Source: a virus
DNA length: 64,000 nt
Strand: one strand, 5' to 3'
IMG/VR virus record: IMGVR_UViG_3300021090_001018
Span: 3,361-67,360 of that record
Part shown: positions 1 through 8,428 of the stretch, in pieces
How the letters are laid out: every line of letters begins with the position of its first letter
Position numbering within the stretch: position 1 is the stretch's first letter
The notes under the pieces: model-generated
Database searches by the model: none
What the model saw: the letters and a program-made list of their open reading frames with translations, nothing else
What the model was told of the DNA's origin: nothing
Translations under genes and position numbers: made by a program

Positions 1-386
1 AAGGGGAAGACCGCCTTAGCAATCGCCACGTCGCCTGCCTCACCCACCAGAATTATTGCGGATACCACCTTCCCACCCCAAAGGGAATGACTCCTCTCAA
101 TCACATGGACATGGAAAACTTCCCTGAGAACGAAGAAGACCCAATTATGGTAAGGTTGCTTGAATTTAGATCTGATGCGGAGGGTCTCGTCCTTCTCAAT
201 GGTGATGCTCCCTTTAACCTGTTCCTCGCTGTCCAGGTCAATGCTAGATAGCTCAATGTTATGAGCGATGGCGATCTCCCTCGCCTTGGCCATCGCGGCC
301 TCGACCTCACCTTTATAAGCGGCGCGGTTGTTGGCGAGTATGAGAATCTTTCTGAGCTTCTCAATTACTTCTGACGCAATTTTCAT
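1..386 (-). CDS. DUF2786-like protein, runs off the left edge
   Basis: Own translation from ATG 386: MKIASEVIEKLRKILILANNRAAYKGEVEAAMAKAREIAIAHNI..., open to base 1; KLRKIL.LA...EVEAAMAKA pattern. Confidence 0.65.
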   Translation of the reverse strand, partial: MKIASEVIEKLRKILILANNRAAYKGEVEAAMAKAREIAIAHNIELSSIDLDSEEQVKGSITIEKDETLRIRSKFKQPYHNWVFFVLREVFHVHVIERSHSLWGGKVVSAIILVGEAGDVAIAKAVFP

Positions 387-729
387 CTTGGTTCCTTTCA
401 GTAGGTTGGACCTCGCTCATCAACTGGGCGCGGTGGTTGGGGCAGATGCCATGACTGATCTCACTACCACGAAGGTGTGGGAATTTCTCGAATAGGATCT
501 TCCCCGGAAAACACCAGGCGCAAACCTGGATGAGATTCGGACCGATCTGAACATAGGGATTTACGCCGTCAGGAAGATGAAGGTCCATATGAGCCCGTAG
601 GTGATGACCGCCACTACCTTCATCTGGAAGGTTAGCTCTTCGAATCTCTCGGCTGTCTGGTCGATAATAAAACTCATATTGTCTTTTCTCTTTCTCTTTC
701 TCTTGTCTTGTTATCTGTGTTACGCTCAC
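361..729 (-). CDS. Small putative Zn-binding protein (true start may be further downstream)
   Basis: VCAWC...ISHGICPNH motif; GTG start lies just after the leftward promoter copy. Confidence 0.5.
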   Translation of the reverse strand: MSVTQITRQEKEKEKRQYEFYYRPDSREIRRANLPDEGSGGHHLRAHMDLHLPDGVNPYVQIGPNLIQVCAWCFPGKILFEKFPHLRGSEISHGICPNHRAQLMSEVQPTERNQDENCVRSN

Positions 730-741
730 ATCTCAGGTATG

Positions 742-785
742 AGCACAGCCCATGCCGAAATCATTCATCTTGTAACTGGTTGATC
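742..785 (-). promoter_or_regulatory. Leftward sigma54-type (-24/-12) promoter with IHF-like site
   Basis: TCGGCATGGGCTGTGCT (GG-N10-GC) at 758-742; GATCAACCAGTTA at 785-773 (IHF consensus WATCAANNNNTTR). Confidence 0.65.
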
Positions 786-818
786 TGCCAGGTAGAGGAG
801 AATTCAATCAACTCAGAG

Positions 819-858
819 GTGTATAGATTTTGTGCAGGGGTGTATAAAAATTATACAC
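819..858. promoter_or_regulatory. Tandem palindromic operator/enhancer sites
   Basis: GTGTATAA-AAA-TTATACAC (840-858, perfect 8-bp arms) and degenerate copy GTGTATAGATTTTGTGCAG (819-837), 21 bp apart. Confidence 0.75.
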
Positions 859-890
859 TCCTGATTTCAACGAATTCATCTTACCTGGCA

Positions 891-934
891 GATCAACCAG
901 TTACAAGATGAATGATTTCGGCATGAGCTGTGCT
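891..934 (+). promoter_or_regulatory. Rightward sigma54-type promoter with IHF-like site
   Basis: GATCAACCAGTTA 891-903; TCGGCATGAGCTGTGCT 918-934 (GG 920-921, GC 932-933). Confidence 0.65.
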
Positions 935-946
935 TATATCTGAGAT

Positions 947-1114
947 GTGAATGCGAAACAAATCAAAAAGTCGGTAGCGAAGAAGATCGGCCTCAATGAA
1001 AATCAGTTCGAGATTCGCGAGGTCAGTCATTGTTACACCAACAACAACCAGCCGGCCTTGGCGGTTTGGTATCTCGTCAAAGGCCAAGCTGAGCTTAAGT
1101 GTGTCAAGATGTAA
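947..1114 (+). CDS. 55-aa protein, paralog of 47140-47319
   Basis: GTG start, MNAKQIKKSVAKKIGLNENQFEIREVSHCYTNNNQPALAVWYLVKGQAELKCVKM; below the ORF-track size cutoff. Confidence 0.7.
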   Translation: MNAKQIKKSVAKKIGLNENQFEIREVSHCYTNNNQPALAVWYLVKGQAELKCVKM

Positions 1115-1124
1115 CCGCACGAAG

Positions 1125-1403
1125 ATGAATCCCCTCATCCCAACTAATTGCCCCTTCGAGATCCTCGGCTATATCGAGGAATTCGACGATGCCGTGACCT
1201 ACAAACCTTTGGGGTTCAGGAAAATCGCAGAGCCTGATCGCCCATGCGGATCACCCGGCCGGAGAGAGATCCTCCTCACTGAACCCCTCAGTCTGCTGAA
1301 GGGTTACAAGGAGACTCCGGTGGTGGTCCGTGCCAGTTGCGATTACCCGCGCAGGGTGATGGCGATGATCCAAATAATCTGCGGAAAAATGAAAGGCCAC
1401 TGA
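1125..1403 (+). CDS. Hypothetical protein
   Basis: ATG 1125 within ORF 996-1403; fits operon packing. Confidence 0.6.
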   Translation: MNPLIPTNCPFEILGYIEEFDDAVTYKPLGFRKIAEPDRPCGSPGRREILLTEPLSLLKGYKETPVVVRASCDYPRRVMAMIQIICGKMKGH

Positions 1404-1405
1404 AA

Positions 1406-1951
1406 ATGAAAAGTCAAGACTATACCAGAACCTCTTATGAGATCCATACTTCTGAAGATGGGGAGAAGTGGTTCCGGAAATCACCAAATTATGAGGACAC
1501 TCCCAAAGGCCTGGCCGAGGCGAGGAATCGGATACAGGCACTGGTCCAGACTTATCGCTTCGTTCGCATCTGTCATTCAACACGGCATATCAAGATCCTT
1601 GCGGAATCTGAGAATCCCGACCTCCTGTCTAAAGAGCAAATCGCCACCCTATTGCTGAAGGGTGAGGAGGCCTGCAAGGGCATCAAGGGACTCAGCTGTA
1701 ACGAGGGATTCAACATTGGTTTCAACAGGAAGGACATCGATCATGGACCTGTTCGTGTCACCATTTCCTTCAATGCGGCGGCGGTGATTGGCAAACCCCC
1801 CCAAGGCCGGGCCAACGAGGAAGCCAGGCGACAATGGAATATGAAATCTATCGAGTGTCGGAAGACCGCGCTAGATGAGTGCGTCGCCGAACTCAAGACG
1901 GCAGGTGTCACGCACATCCGTGGTGGTTATGAAATTGAATTGAAGCCATGA
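1406..1951 (+). CDS. Hypothetical protein
   Basis: ATG 1406, 2 nt after previous stop; ATGA overlap with next gene. Confidence 0.65.
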   Translation: MKSQDYTRTSYEIHTSEDGEKWFRKSPNYEDTPKGLAEARNRIQALVQTYRFVRICHSTRHIKILAESENPDLLSKEQIATLLLKGEEACKGIKGLSCNEGFNIGFNRKDIDHGPVRVTISFNAAAVIGKPPQGRANEEARRQWNMKSIECRKTALDECVAELKTAGVTHIRGGYEIELKP

Positions 1952-2205
1952 AAGCAAAAGCAAAAGCGAAACAGAAAATCCAAGCGGCGCTGGCCGTGCT
2001 TAACCGTTCCATGCCGAAGCCGAGGGTCCGCCGTCACCACACTACCCAACGCAAGGTGGATCTTACCTGCCCCGTCTGCCATGATCCCCAGTGCCAGCTG
2101 GCTTGGTCAGAGGAAGCCCACCTTCGTATTATAGATGGAAGGATGGAAGGTTCCAGCAGTGCCGACCCAGCACAGATCGCGACCGAGCCGAAGGAGAGCA
2201 CCTGA
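1948..2205 (+). CDS. Small basic protein with CxxC..C
   Basis: CPVCHDPQC; coupled start. Confidence 0.55.
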   Translation: MKAKAKAKQKIQAALAVLNRSMPKPRVRRHHTTQRKVDLTCPVCHDPQCQLAWSEEAHLRIIDGRMEGSSSADPAQIATEPKEST

Positions 2206-2295
2206 CTCCTTAACTTTCCACTTGTGCCATCTCCGTCGATAGCCTAGAGTGTGGACTGTTGAAATGGTAAGTTCAAACAAAAATTGAGATCCCTT

Positions 2296-2838
2296 ATGTC
2301 TATCACCACCCCTATTGATCCAGCGACGGAATTCCCCAAGGTTGAAAAGATGCTCTACACACTGGCCTGGCGGACAGCAAACACCTATCCTGTCTCCTTC
2401 GAGGAAGCGCGAAGCGAGGCGTGCTATGCCTTTATGCGAGCCTGCCAAGATTACAAGTCAGAACGTGGTCAGAAGTTTTCGTCCTGGGCCTACTATTGGG
2501 CCTGGACGAAGTTGAAGGACCTAGTGATAGCCCGGTCCAAGGATCCGCTCACCTTCATCGAAATTGAAGAAGATTTGCTTGGAGAGGCTCCTCCAGAGAG
2601 AGCCGAATCGCTTGACCTGCTCGAAGAGCTCTCGGAGGATGCTAGGGAAATAGTTGAGATGATTCTCGAGACTCCCGAAGAACTGATCGGGGTGGTTATG
2701 ACACCCCGTCGCCTCCTCCACCGAGTGAAAGATTACATGGTGGCTAGGAAAGGCAAGAGCCGGAACCAGGTCAATCTAGCCGTGGACGAAATCACAATCA
2801 AGTTCCGGCAGGCTTGGAGACAGGTTACGGTTGCATGA
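2296..2838 (+). CDS. Phage sigma factor-like protein (sigma70 region 2)
   Basis: EEARSEACYAFMRACQDYKSERGQKFSSWAYYWAW resembles region 2 (DL.QEG..GL..A...FD..RG.KFSTYA.WWI). Confidence 0.75.
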   Translation: MSITTPIDPATEFPKVEKMLYTLAWRTANTYPVSFEEARSEACYAFMRACQDYKSERGQKFSSWAYYWAWTKLKDLVIARSKDPLTFIEIEEDLLGEAPPERAESLDLLEELSEDAREIVEMILETPEELIGVVMTPRRLLHRVKDYMVARKGKSRNQVNLAVDEITIKFRQAWRQVTVA

Positions 2839-4190
2839 CCAAACTTCGTTCGTTCCAGTTGGAAGGTGTCCGCCAAATTTACCAATTTGGCGGTCGTGCT
2901 CTGCTGGCTGATGAAATGGGTCTAGGTAAGACTATCCAGGCCCTCTATTGGATCATCAAGATCCCCAAACGGCGGCCGGTTGTCATTGTCACCCCTGCCA
3001 GCGTCAAATATGTCTGGCAGGCTGAGGCCGCTCTCCATTTCGGCTTGCGGACTTCAGTCTTAGAAGGCCAGTGCAACGGACATCATCATTTGCCGAGCGA
3101 CATCATCATCCTCAATTATGACATTCTCAAGTCGTGGTTGCCTCTGCTGCTGAAGTCTCACCCCCAATGCGTGGTTCTAGATGAGGTCCACTACATCAAG
3201 AATCCGGCAGCCAAGCGAACCCGGGCCTCACTGAAGCTGACCGAGAAGGCCACCTCAGTCTTGGGCCTGAGCGGGACACCCCTCACCAACCGTCCCATTG
3301 AGCTGTGGCCGGTCCTCCAGGCGATCCGTCCTGACCTCTTCCCCTCCAAACACGAATATGCCTGGCGCTATTGCAAGCCAAGATTCACTCCCTGGGGCTG
3401 GATCTTTGATGGCGCCACCCACATGGGTGAGCTCAACCGCATCTTGCGCCGAGAATGCCTCATCAGGAGGCTCAAGAAGGATGTCCTTAAGGAACTACCA
3501 CCCAAGATCCGTCAAGCGGTTCCCTTCCGTCTCGATTCCTACCGCGAGTATGAAGAAGCCGAGGAAGATTTTCTGGGATGGCTCAGGTCCATCAGCCCAG
3601 CCCGCGCTAATAAGGCAGCGAAAAGTCAGGCATTGGTCAAGGTAGGCTACCTCCTGCGATTGGTAGCTCGCCTCAAGCTAGATCAGACAATCCGGTGGAT
3701 TGAGGAGTTCTATGAGTCCCATCCGGGCGAGAAACTGGTCGCCTTGACTATGCACACCCTCGTCATTGACCGCCTCAAAGAGAAGTTTGGACGCCGCGCC
3801 GTCGTCATTGACGGTCGGGTGGTAGGACGAATGAGGCAGGAGACGGTCAAACAATTTCAGAGCAGTCGCAAGATAGACCTCTTCTTGGGGAATTGGCGAG
3901 CCGCCGGGGTAGGCATCACTCTGCACGCCGCCTCCAACGGAGTGGCATTGGACCTTCCTTGGACTCCCGGTGACCTGCTCCAAGGTGAGGATCGCCTCCA
4001 CCGCATCGGTCAGAGGAAGAATGTTATCATCCACTACCTCATGACCTTAGGGACCATTGAGGAAAAGCAGATCAAGATCCTCAGGAAGAAGACCACCATC
4101 TTAGACGCAGTGCTAGATGGTCGATCGGATGCCTCTCACTTGAACATCTTTGACGAGCTGCTCGCGGAGATGAAGAGGGAGCGAAGATAA
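2835..4190 (+). CDS. SNF2/SF2 helicase
   Basis: LADEMGLGKT, LDEVH, SGTP, GVGITL, QGEDRLHRIGQ motifs. Confidence 0.95.
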   Translation: MTKLRSFQLEGVRQIYQFGGRALLADEMGLGKTIQALYWIIKIPKRRPVVIVTPASVKYVWQAEAALHFGLRTSVLEGQCNGHHHLPSDIIILNYDILKSWLPLLLKSHPQCVVLDEVHYIKNPAAKRTRASLKLTEKATSVLGLSGTPLTNRPIELWPVLQAIRPDLFPSKHEYAWRYCKPRFTPWGWIFDGATHMGELNRILRRECLIRRLKKDVLKELPPKIRQAVPFRLDSYREYEEAEEDFLGWLRSISPARANKAAKSQALVKVGYLLRLVARLKLDQTIRWIEEFYESHPGEKLVALTMHTLVIDRLKEKFGRRAVVIDGRVVGRMRQETVKQFQSSRKIDLFLGNWRAAGVGITLHAASNGVALDLPWTPGDLLQGEDRLHRIGQRKNVIIHYLMTLGTIEEKQIKILRKKTTILDAVLDGRSDASHLNIFDELLAEMKRERR

Positions 4191-4227
4191 TATGAAGCCG
4201 GTCCAAGTAGACCGAGAGTGATAGGGG

Positions 4228-4271
4228 CCCGGTGGATCTTCTGTTTGTCTTGGATCCACCGGGTTTTTCTT
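4228..4271 (+). terminator. Intrinsic terminator-like hairpin
   Basis: CCCGGTGGATC (4228-4238)/GATCCACCGGG (4253-4263), then TTTTTCTT. Confidence 0.65.
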
Positions 4272-4286
4272 CATGGGGAAGACCCA

Positions 4287-5159
4287 ATGACCATTCAAGA
4301 GATCCTCGACAAGCTGGAGGTGGAATACCTCGCATCGGGTCATCATCACTGTCGTCCTGGTTGGATCCAAATCAGACATTGTCCCTTCTGTGGATCAGAC
4401 AACTTCCATCTGGGGTGGAACCTCCAAGCCAATTTCGCCTCTTGCTGGAGATGTGGGGGTCATCATGGCCCCAAGGTCCTGGCCGCTCTGGGTCTCCCTG
4501 CGAGAGAAGCCTCCGCAATCTTCCACCATGTTGAGCATGGCGCGGCACCGATCAAACGCGAGAGAGCCAGAGTCTCGCTTAAGGAACCCGCGAGGAGGGG
4601 TCCTTTAGGCCCTTCTCATCAGAGATACCTGCTGAAGCGGGGTTACGATCCTGACCAGATCTCGCGCATCTGGGACGTGGAAGGAATCGGATTGGCTATC
4701 CGGCTGAGCTGGAGGCTTTACATCCCAATCATCTTCCGAGGGAGAAGGGTTAGCTGGACCACACGGGCAATCGGGAGAGGGGTTGCCCAGAGGTATATCT
4801 CGGCTTCGTCCGATGAGGAGGTTATGAATCATAAGGAGCTCGTCTATGGATTAGACTTCTGTCACCATTCAGTTGTCGTCTGCGAAGGTCCGTTAGACGC
4901 CTGGAAGATCGGACCTGGCGCGGGCGCCTTATTTGGGACGGCATTCACTACGGCTCAGACCAGGACATTAATTGCCATTCCACGACGGTTCATCTGTTTT
5001 GATTCCTCACCCGATGCGCAAGAGAGAGCCAAGGAACTCTGCCACCAGCTTGCTTGCTTTCCGGGAGTCACCGAGAACCTTTTGATTGACGCGAAGGATC
5101 CCGGGGAAGCGAGCGAGAGAGAATTGAGACTGATTCGCAAGGTTGCGTCTCTCAGATAA
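4287..5159 (+). CDS. DNA primase (Zn finger + TOPRIM)
   Basis: CPFC..H....CWRC; VCEGPLDA; CFDSSPDA; KDPGE. Confidence 0.9.
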   Translation: MTIQEILDKLEVEYLASGHHHCRPGWIQIRHCPFCGSDNFHLGWNLQANFASCWRCGGHHGPKVLAALGLPAREASAIFHHVEHGAAPIKRERARVSLKEPARRGPLGPSHQRYLLKRGYDPDQISRIWDVEGIGLAIRLSWRLYIPIIFRGRRVSWTTRAIGRGVAQRYISASSDEEVMNHKELVYGLDFCHHSVVVCEGPLDAWKIGPGAGALFGTAFTTAQTRTLIAIPRRFICFDSSPDAQERAKELCHQLACFPGVTENLLIDAKDPGEASERELRLIRKVASLR

Positions 5160-5170
5160 TAAGATATGAT

Positions 5171-6202
5171 ATGCGACTAGAGAAATTGGAACTGAAAGAT
5201 TTCCAGGCGCATGATGAACTCGTGGTCGCCTTCTCTCCAACCATCACAACCATCGTGGGTCCTAGCGATTCCGGCAAGTCCGCGATCCTTCGAGCCTTGC
5301 GTTGGACCTGTCTGAATGACCTCGCCGGCGATGAGTTCATCAAGGAAGGGGCCAAACAGACCGCCGTCAAGCTACAGATCGAGGGGGATCACCAGATCAT
5401 TCGCTCCAAGGGCACGACCTCCTCAGGCCATAACACCTACAAATTGGACGATAGGGAATACCGGTCCTTCGCTCAGACAGTGCCTAGCGATATCGCCAAA
5501 GCCCTCGCCTTGTCCGAGATCAACTTTCAGGGACAGCATGATAATCCCTTCTGGTTCAGTGAGACGGCCGGCGAGGTATCGCGCCGACTCAACGCGGTGG
5601 TGGACCTGAGCGTGATTGACCAAGTGTTGTCTAGCATCGCGGCCGAGGTCCGGCAAGCTACGGAGAGGAAAACAATTTCAAACGAAAGGCTTGCCGAACT
5701 CAGAGAAGAGTTTAACTTGATCAAGAGTCAAGAGAACCGGGTGGTCCAGTTCCAGGCTCTTAGGGATTGCCAAAAGGCATTTGTCAAAGCAGATGAAAAT
5801 TGCGATCGACTGGCACAAACCATCGAAAGAATCAGGACGGGTCATGATCAAGCACGGACCCACGAGGAAAGGTGGGCCAGTGCCCAGGCTGCCGCGACCG
5901 CTTGTGGTGAAGCTGTCAAGCATTCTGTTTGGTATGGACAGCTCTCCAGGTTGATTGACCAAATCAAAACCAACCAGGCCGCATCTACTCCTCCTCCCGA
6001 TTTCAAATCCGTCGAGGATACCTTCGAAGAGTGGCGAGGATCTGAGAACAAAATTGATGCCCTCGACAATATCGTCTCGAAGGCCGAGGGGATCACTCGA
6101 AAGATCCAGTCTGGCATGGGCGCGGTGAAGGGAGCCCAGACTAGGTTCGACCAAGCCACCCAAGGAAAACGATGTCCGTTATGCCAGAAATTATTGCCAT
6201 AG
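5171..6202 (+). CDS. sbcC: Rad50/SbcC N-terminal half (Walker A, coiled coil, Zn hook)
   Basis: LELKDFQAH, GPSDSGKSAILRAL, Q-loop FQGQHD, terminal CPLC. Confidence 0.85.
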   Translation: MRLEKLELKDFQAHDELVVAFSPTITTIVGPSDSGKSAILRALRWTCLNDLAGDEFIKEGAKQTAVKLQIEGDHQIIRSKGTTSSGHNTYKLDDREYRSFAQTVPSDIAKALALSEINFQGQHDNPFWFSETAGEVSRRLNAVVDLSVIDQVLSSIAAEVRQATERKTISNERLAELREEFNLIKSQENRVVQFQALRDCQKAFVKADENCDRLAQTIERIRTGHDQARTHEERWASAQAAATACGEAVKHSVWYGQLSRLIDQIKTNQAASTPPPDFKSVEDTFEEWRGSENKIDALDNIVSKAEGITRKIQSGMGAVKGAQTRFDQATQGKRCPLCQKLLP

Positions 6203-7086
6203 CTATCTCCGACCTCCATCTATCGCTCATGGCTCCCGCTTGTCGCGCCGACAAGGATTGGCTGGCGGTGCAGGCTCACTACCTCCAGCAGGTCAAAGAC
6301 ATCGCCGAAGACCTCCCTGTCTTGTGCTCAGGCGATATCTTCGACCGCTGGAATCCTCCCCCAGAACTGATCCACTTCGCATTGGTCCATCTACCAGACG
6401 GAATGATTAGTGTTCCTGGGCAACACGATCTCCCCAACCATCGGATTGACCAAGTCAACCGTTCTGGATACGGCGTCTTGATGGAGGCAGAGAAAATCAG
6501 AGATGTCTCCAGACAGAAGACAGGAAACATGGGAGGGTTTATCATCCATGGCTTTGGTTGGGGTCAGGAAATCACCCCTCCGATAGAACTCTCCTCACTC
6601 CTGCACATCGCTCTCATTCACCGCTATTGCTGGGAGGGGGAGAAGAGGTATCTTGGTGCGCCCATCGAATCAGAAGCCTCCACCTTCAAGAAAGAACTCA
6701 GAGGTTACCAAATCGCCATCTTCGGTGACAACCATTTCAGCTTCGTCACGCGGGCGGGCGAGTGTAACATTCTCAACCCCGGCGGCTTCATTCGTCGCAA
6801 GTCTGATGAGATCAACCGCGAACCTTGCGTCGGCATTGTCTATGACAACGGCACGGTGAAGCGGAGACGACTGGACACGACCATTGATACCTTCCACGAG
6901 GAGACAAAGGAACGCGGCGAGACTCCTCTTGACATGAGAGCATTCATTAAAGGGCTGGAGGGGTTGGGTGAGCACGGACTGGACTTCAGAGAGGCCGTCA
7001 AGAACCACCTTCGAGGCGACGACATTGAAGAGGCGACGAAAGAGATAATATGGCAGATGCTAGATAAGAAACCCACAGAGGTATGA
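6172..7086 (+). CDS. sbcD: Mre11/SbcD metallophosphoesterase nuclease
   Basis: SDLH, GDIFD, PGQHD, GDNH, NPG motifs. Confidence 0.9.
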   Translation: MSVMPEIIAIAISDLHLSLMAPACRADKDWLAVQAHYLQQVKDIAEDLPVLCSGDIFDRWNPPPELIHFALVHLPDGMISVPGQHDLPNHRIDQVNRSGYGVLMEAEKIRDVSRQKTGNMGGFIIHGFGWGQEITPPIELSSLLHIALIHRYCWEGEKRYLGAPIESEASTFKKELRGYQIAIFGDNHFSFVTRAGECNILNPGGFIRRKSDEINREPCVGIVYDNGTVKRRRLDTTIDTFHEETKERGETPLDMRAFIKGLEGLGEHGLDFREAVKNHLRGDDIEEATKEIIWQMLDKKPTEV

Positions 7087-7331
7087 ACGAGACAATCAAC
7101 GAAGAGACCTATCACCGCCTCAAGCGAGAGGTCGAGGAGGCCAAAACCTCCTCCGAGCGAGCTCACGGCGCCCTGGAACAATTGATGAGTCAGTTGAAAA
7201 AGGATTTCAATTGCGGGAATCTGAAGGAGGCTCAAACCCATCTGGCAGAGCTAAAGGCGGGACGGGATAAGGCCGCCGAGAAGTTTCAGAAGACCCTCAC
7301 AGATTACAAGGAGAAGTGGAAGACAGAGTGA
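7083..7331 (+). CDS. Small coiled-coil protein
   Basis: Heptad-like helical sequence; ATGA coupling. Confidence 0.7.
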   Translation: MNETINEETYHRLKREVEEAKTSSERAHGALEQLMSQLKKDFNCGNLKEAQTHLAELKAGRDKAAEKFQKTLTDYKEKWKTE

Positions 7332-7347
7332 AGAAGATAACAAATAT

Positions 7348-7632
7348 ATGAAGAACACAAAGAACACGAAGAGCCCATACGTCATAGGGAAGAATTATTT
7401 CCTCCGCACGGTGACTCACCACCATACAGGGAGGTTGGTCCAAGTCACCCCTTACGAGTTGGTCCTTGAAAATGCGGCGTGGATTGCAGATGATGGAAGA
7501 CTTACTCAAGCCTTGGTGTCTGGGGACTTCAACGAAGTCGAGAGATTCCCTGAAGGATCAAAAGTGATTGTGGGAAGGGGTAGCATAATTGACGCCGTCC
7601 AGATCCCCATCATCCCCACCTCACAGAAATGA
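7348..7632 (+). CDS. Small beta-barrel (Sm/SH3-like) protein
   Basis: IGKNYFLRTVTHHHTGRLVQV...LVLENAAWIADDGR; fold call is pattern-based. Confidence 0.7.
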   Translation: MKNTKNTKSPYVIGKNYFLRTVTHHHTGRLVQVTPYELVLENAAWIADDGRLTQALVSGDFNEVERFPEGSKVIVGRGSIIDAVQIPIIPTSQK

Positions 7633-7862
7633 ATCCTACCCTCCTATCTACGGGATGGTCAAGGTCGGGGTCATGGTCAAGGTCAAGGTCAAGGTCGGGG
7701 TCATGGTCAAGGTCAAGGTCAAGGTCGGAGGCAAGGTCGGGGTCATGGTCAAGGTCAAGGTCGGGGTCAAGGTCAAGGTCGGGGTCAAGGTCAAGGTCAG
7801 GGTTATGGTCATGGTCAAGGTCAGGGTCATGGTCATGGTCAAGGTCGGGGTCGGGGTCATGA
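7629..7862 (+). CDS. Ser-(Arg/Gly/Trp) repeat peptide
   Basis: ATGA overlaps with neighbours at both ends; body is the hexamer array. Confidence 0.5.
   Translation: MNPTLLSTGWSRSGSWSRSRSRSGSWSRSRSRSEARSGSWSRSRSGSRSRSGSRSRSGLWSWSRSGSWSWSRSGSGS
7657..7860 (+). repeat. 34 x GGTCNN hexamer array
   Basis: NN = AA, GG, AT, AG; two variant cores (AGGC, GGTT). Confidence 0.95.
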
Positions 7863-8428
7863 ACCTCCTCCAGGAAGAGAAGGAAGTCCTCGCCCTTCAT
7901 TCCAAGATCAATCTCCTCAAAGATATGATCAAGCGCGAGGAGGTTGAGCTGAAAAAGACCACCACAGCCTTAGAACACACGGTGGACGCTCAGGAGATCC
8001 TTCAGCACCTGGCCCAAGCCGTCCAACAACAAGCCCACCAGAAGATATCGGGGGTGGTCTCTTCCTGTCTATCTACTGTCTTTGACGATCCCTATGCCTT
8101 CAAGATCGTGTTCGAGAGGAAACGGGGGCGGACCGAGGCAACCTTGCGGTTTCTTCGCCGAGATTTGGAGGTAGATCCACTCACGGCCAGCGGGGGTGGT
8201 GTAGTAGACGTGGCCGCCTTTGCCTTGAGAGTTGCCTGTCTCGTGCTCTATCGTCCCCGCTTATCACGAGTGGTGGTCCTCGACGAGCCATTCAGGTTTG
8301 TCTCAATGCAATACCAAGAGAACGTCCGCCAGATGCTAGAACAACTCTCGACTGACATGAATATCCAGATCGTGCAGGTGACCCACAATCCCAACCTGAC
8401 AACTGGGAAGGTGATTGACCTATCTTAA
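7859..8428 (+). CDS. sbcC: Rad50/SbcC C-terminal half (signature, Walker B, H-loop)
   Basis: ASGGGVVDVAAFALR, VVVLDEPF, QVTH; start at ATG 7859. Confidence 0.85.
   Translation: MNLLQEEKEVLALHSKINLLKDMIKREEVELKKTTTALEHTVDAQEILQHLAQAVQQQAHQKISGVVSSCLSTVFDDPYAFKIVFERKRGRTEATLRFLRRDLEVDPLTASGGGVVDVAAFALRVACLVLYRPRLSRVVVLDEPFRFVSMQYQENVRQMLEQLSTDMNIQIVQVTHNPNLTTGKVIDLS

Larger units (their letters stand above)
725..950. repeat. ~70-bp inverted repeat pair (about 725-794 and 882-950) around a central pair of palindromic sites
   Basis: CTCACATCTCAGGTATGAGCACAGCCCATGCCGAAATCATTCATCTTGTAACTGGTTGATCTGCCAGGTA reads back as its near-exact reverse complement at 882-950. Confidence 0.95.
819..1110 (+). 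repeat. 292-bp segment duplicated in inverted orientation at 47156-47447
   Basis: Direct comparison; about 9 mismatches, 6 of them just before or at the start codon. Confidence 0.95.

Noticed and set aside
101-364. 87-aa ORF in the track
   Set aside because: Overlaps a better frame (386 to <1) with DUF2786-like sequence
893-1138. 81-aa - strand ORF and the similar end of 46693-47325
   Set aside because: Antisense shadow of the duplicated small gene
7589-7900. VKVKV, DLDLD and TLTLT repeat ORFs, including the N-terminal extension of 7589-8428
   Set aside because: Alternative frames of the hexamer array; ATGA coupling supports starts at 7629 and 7859
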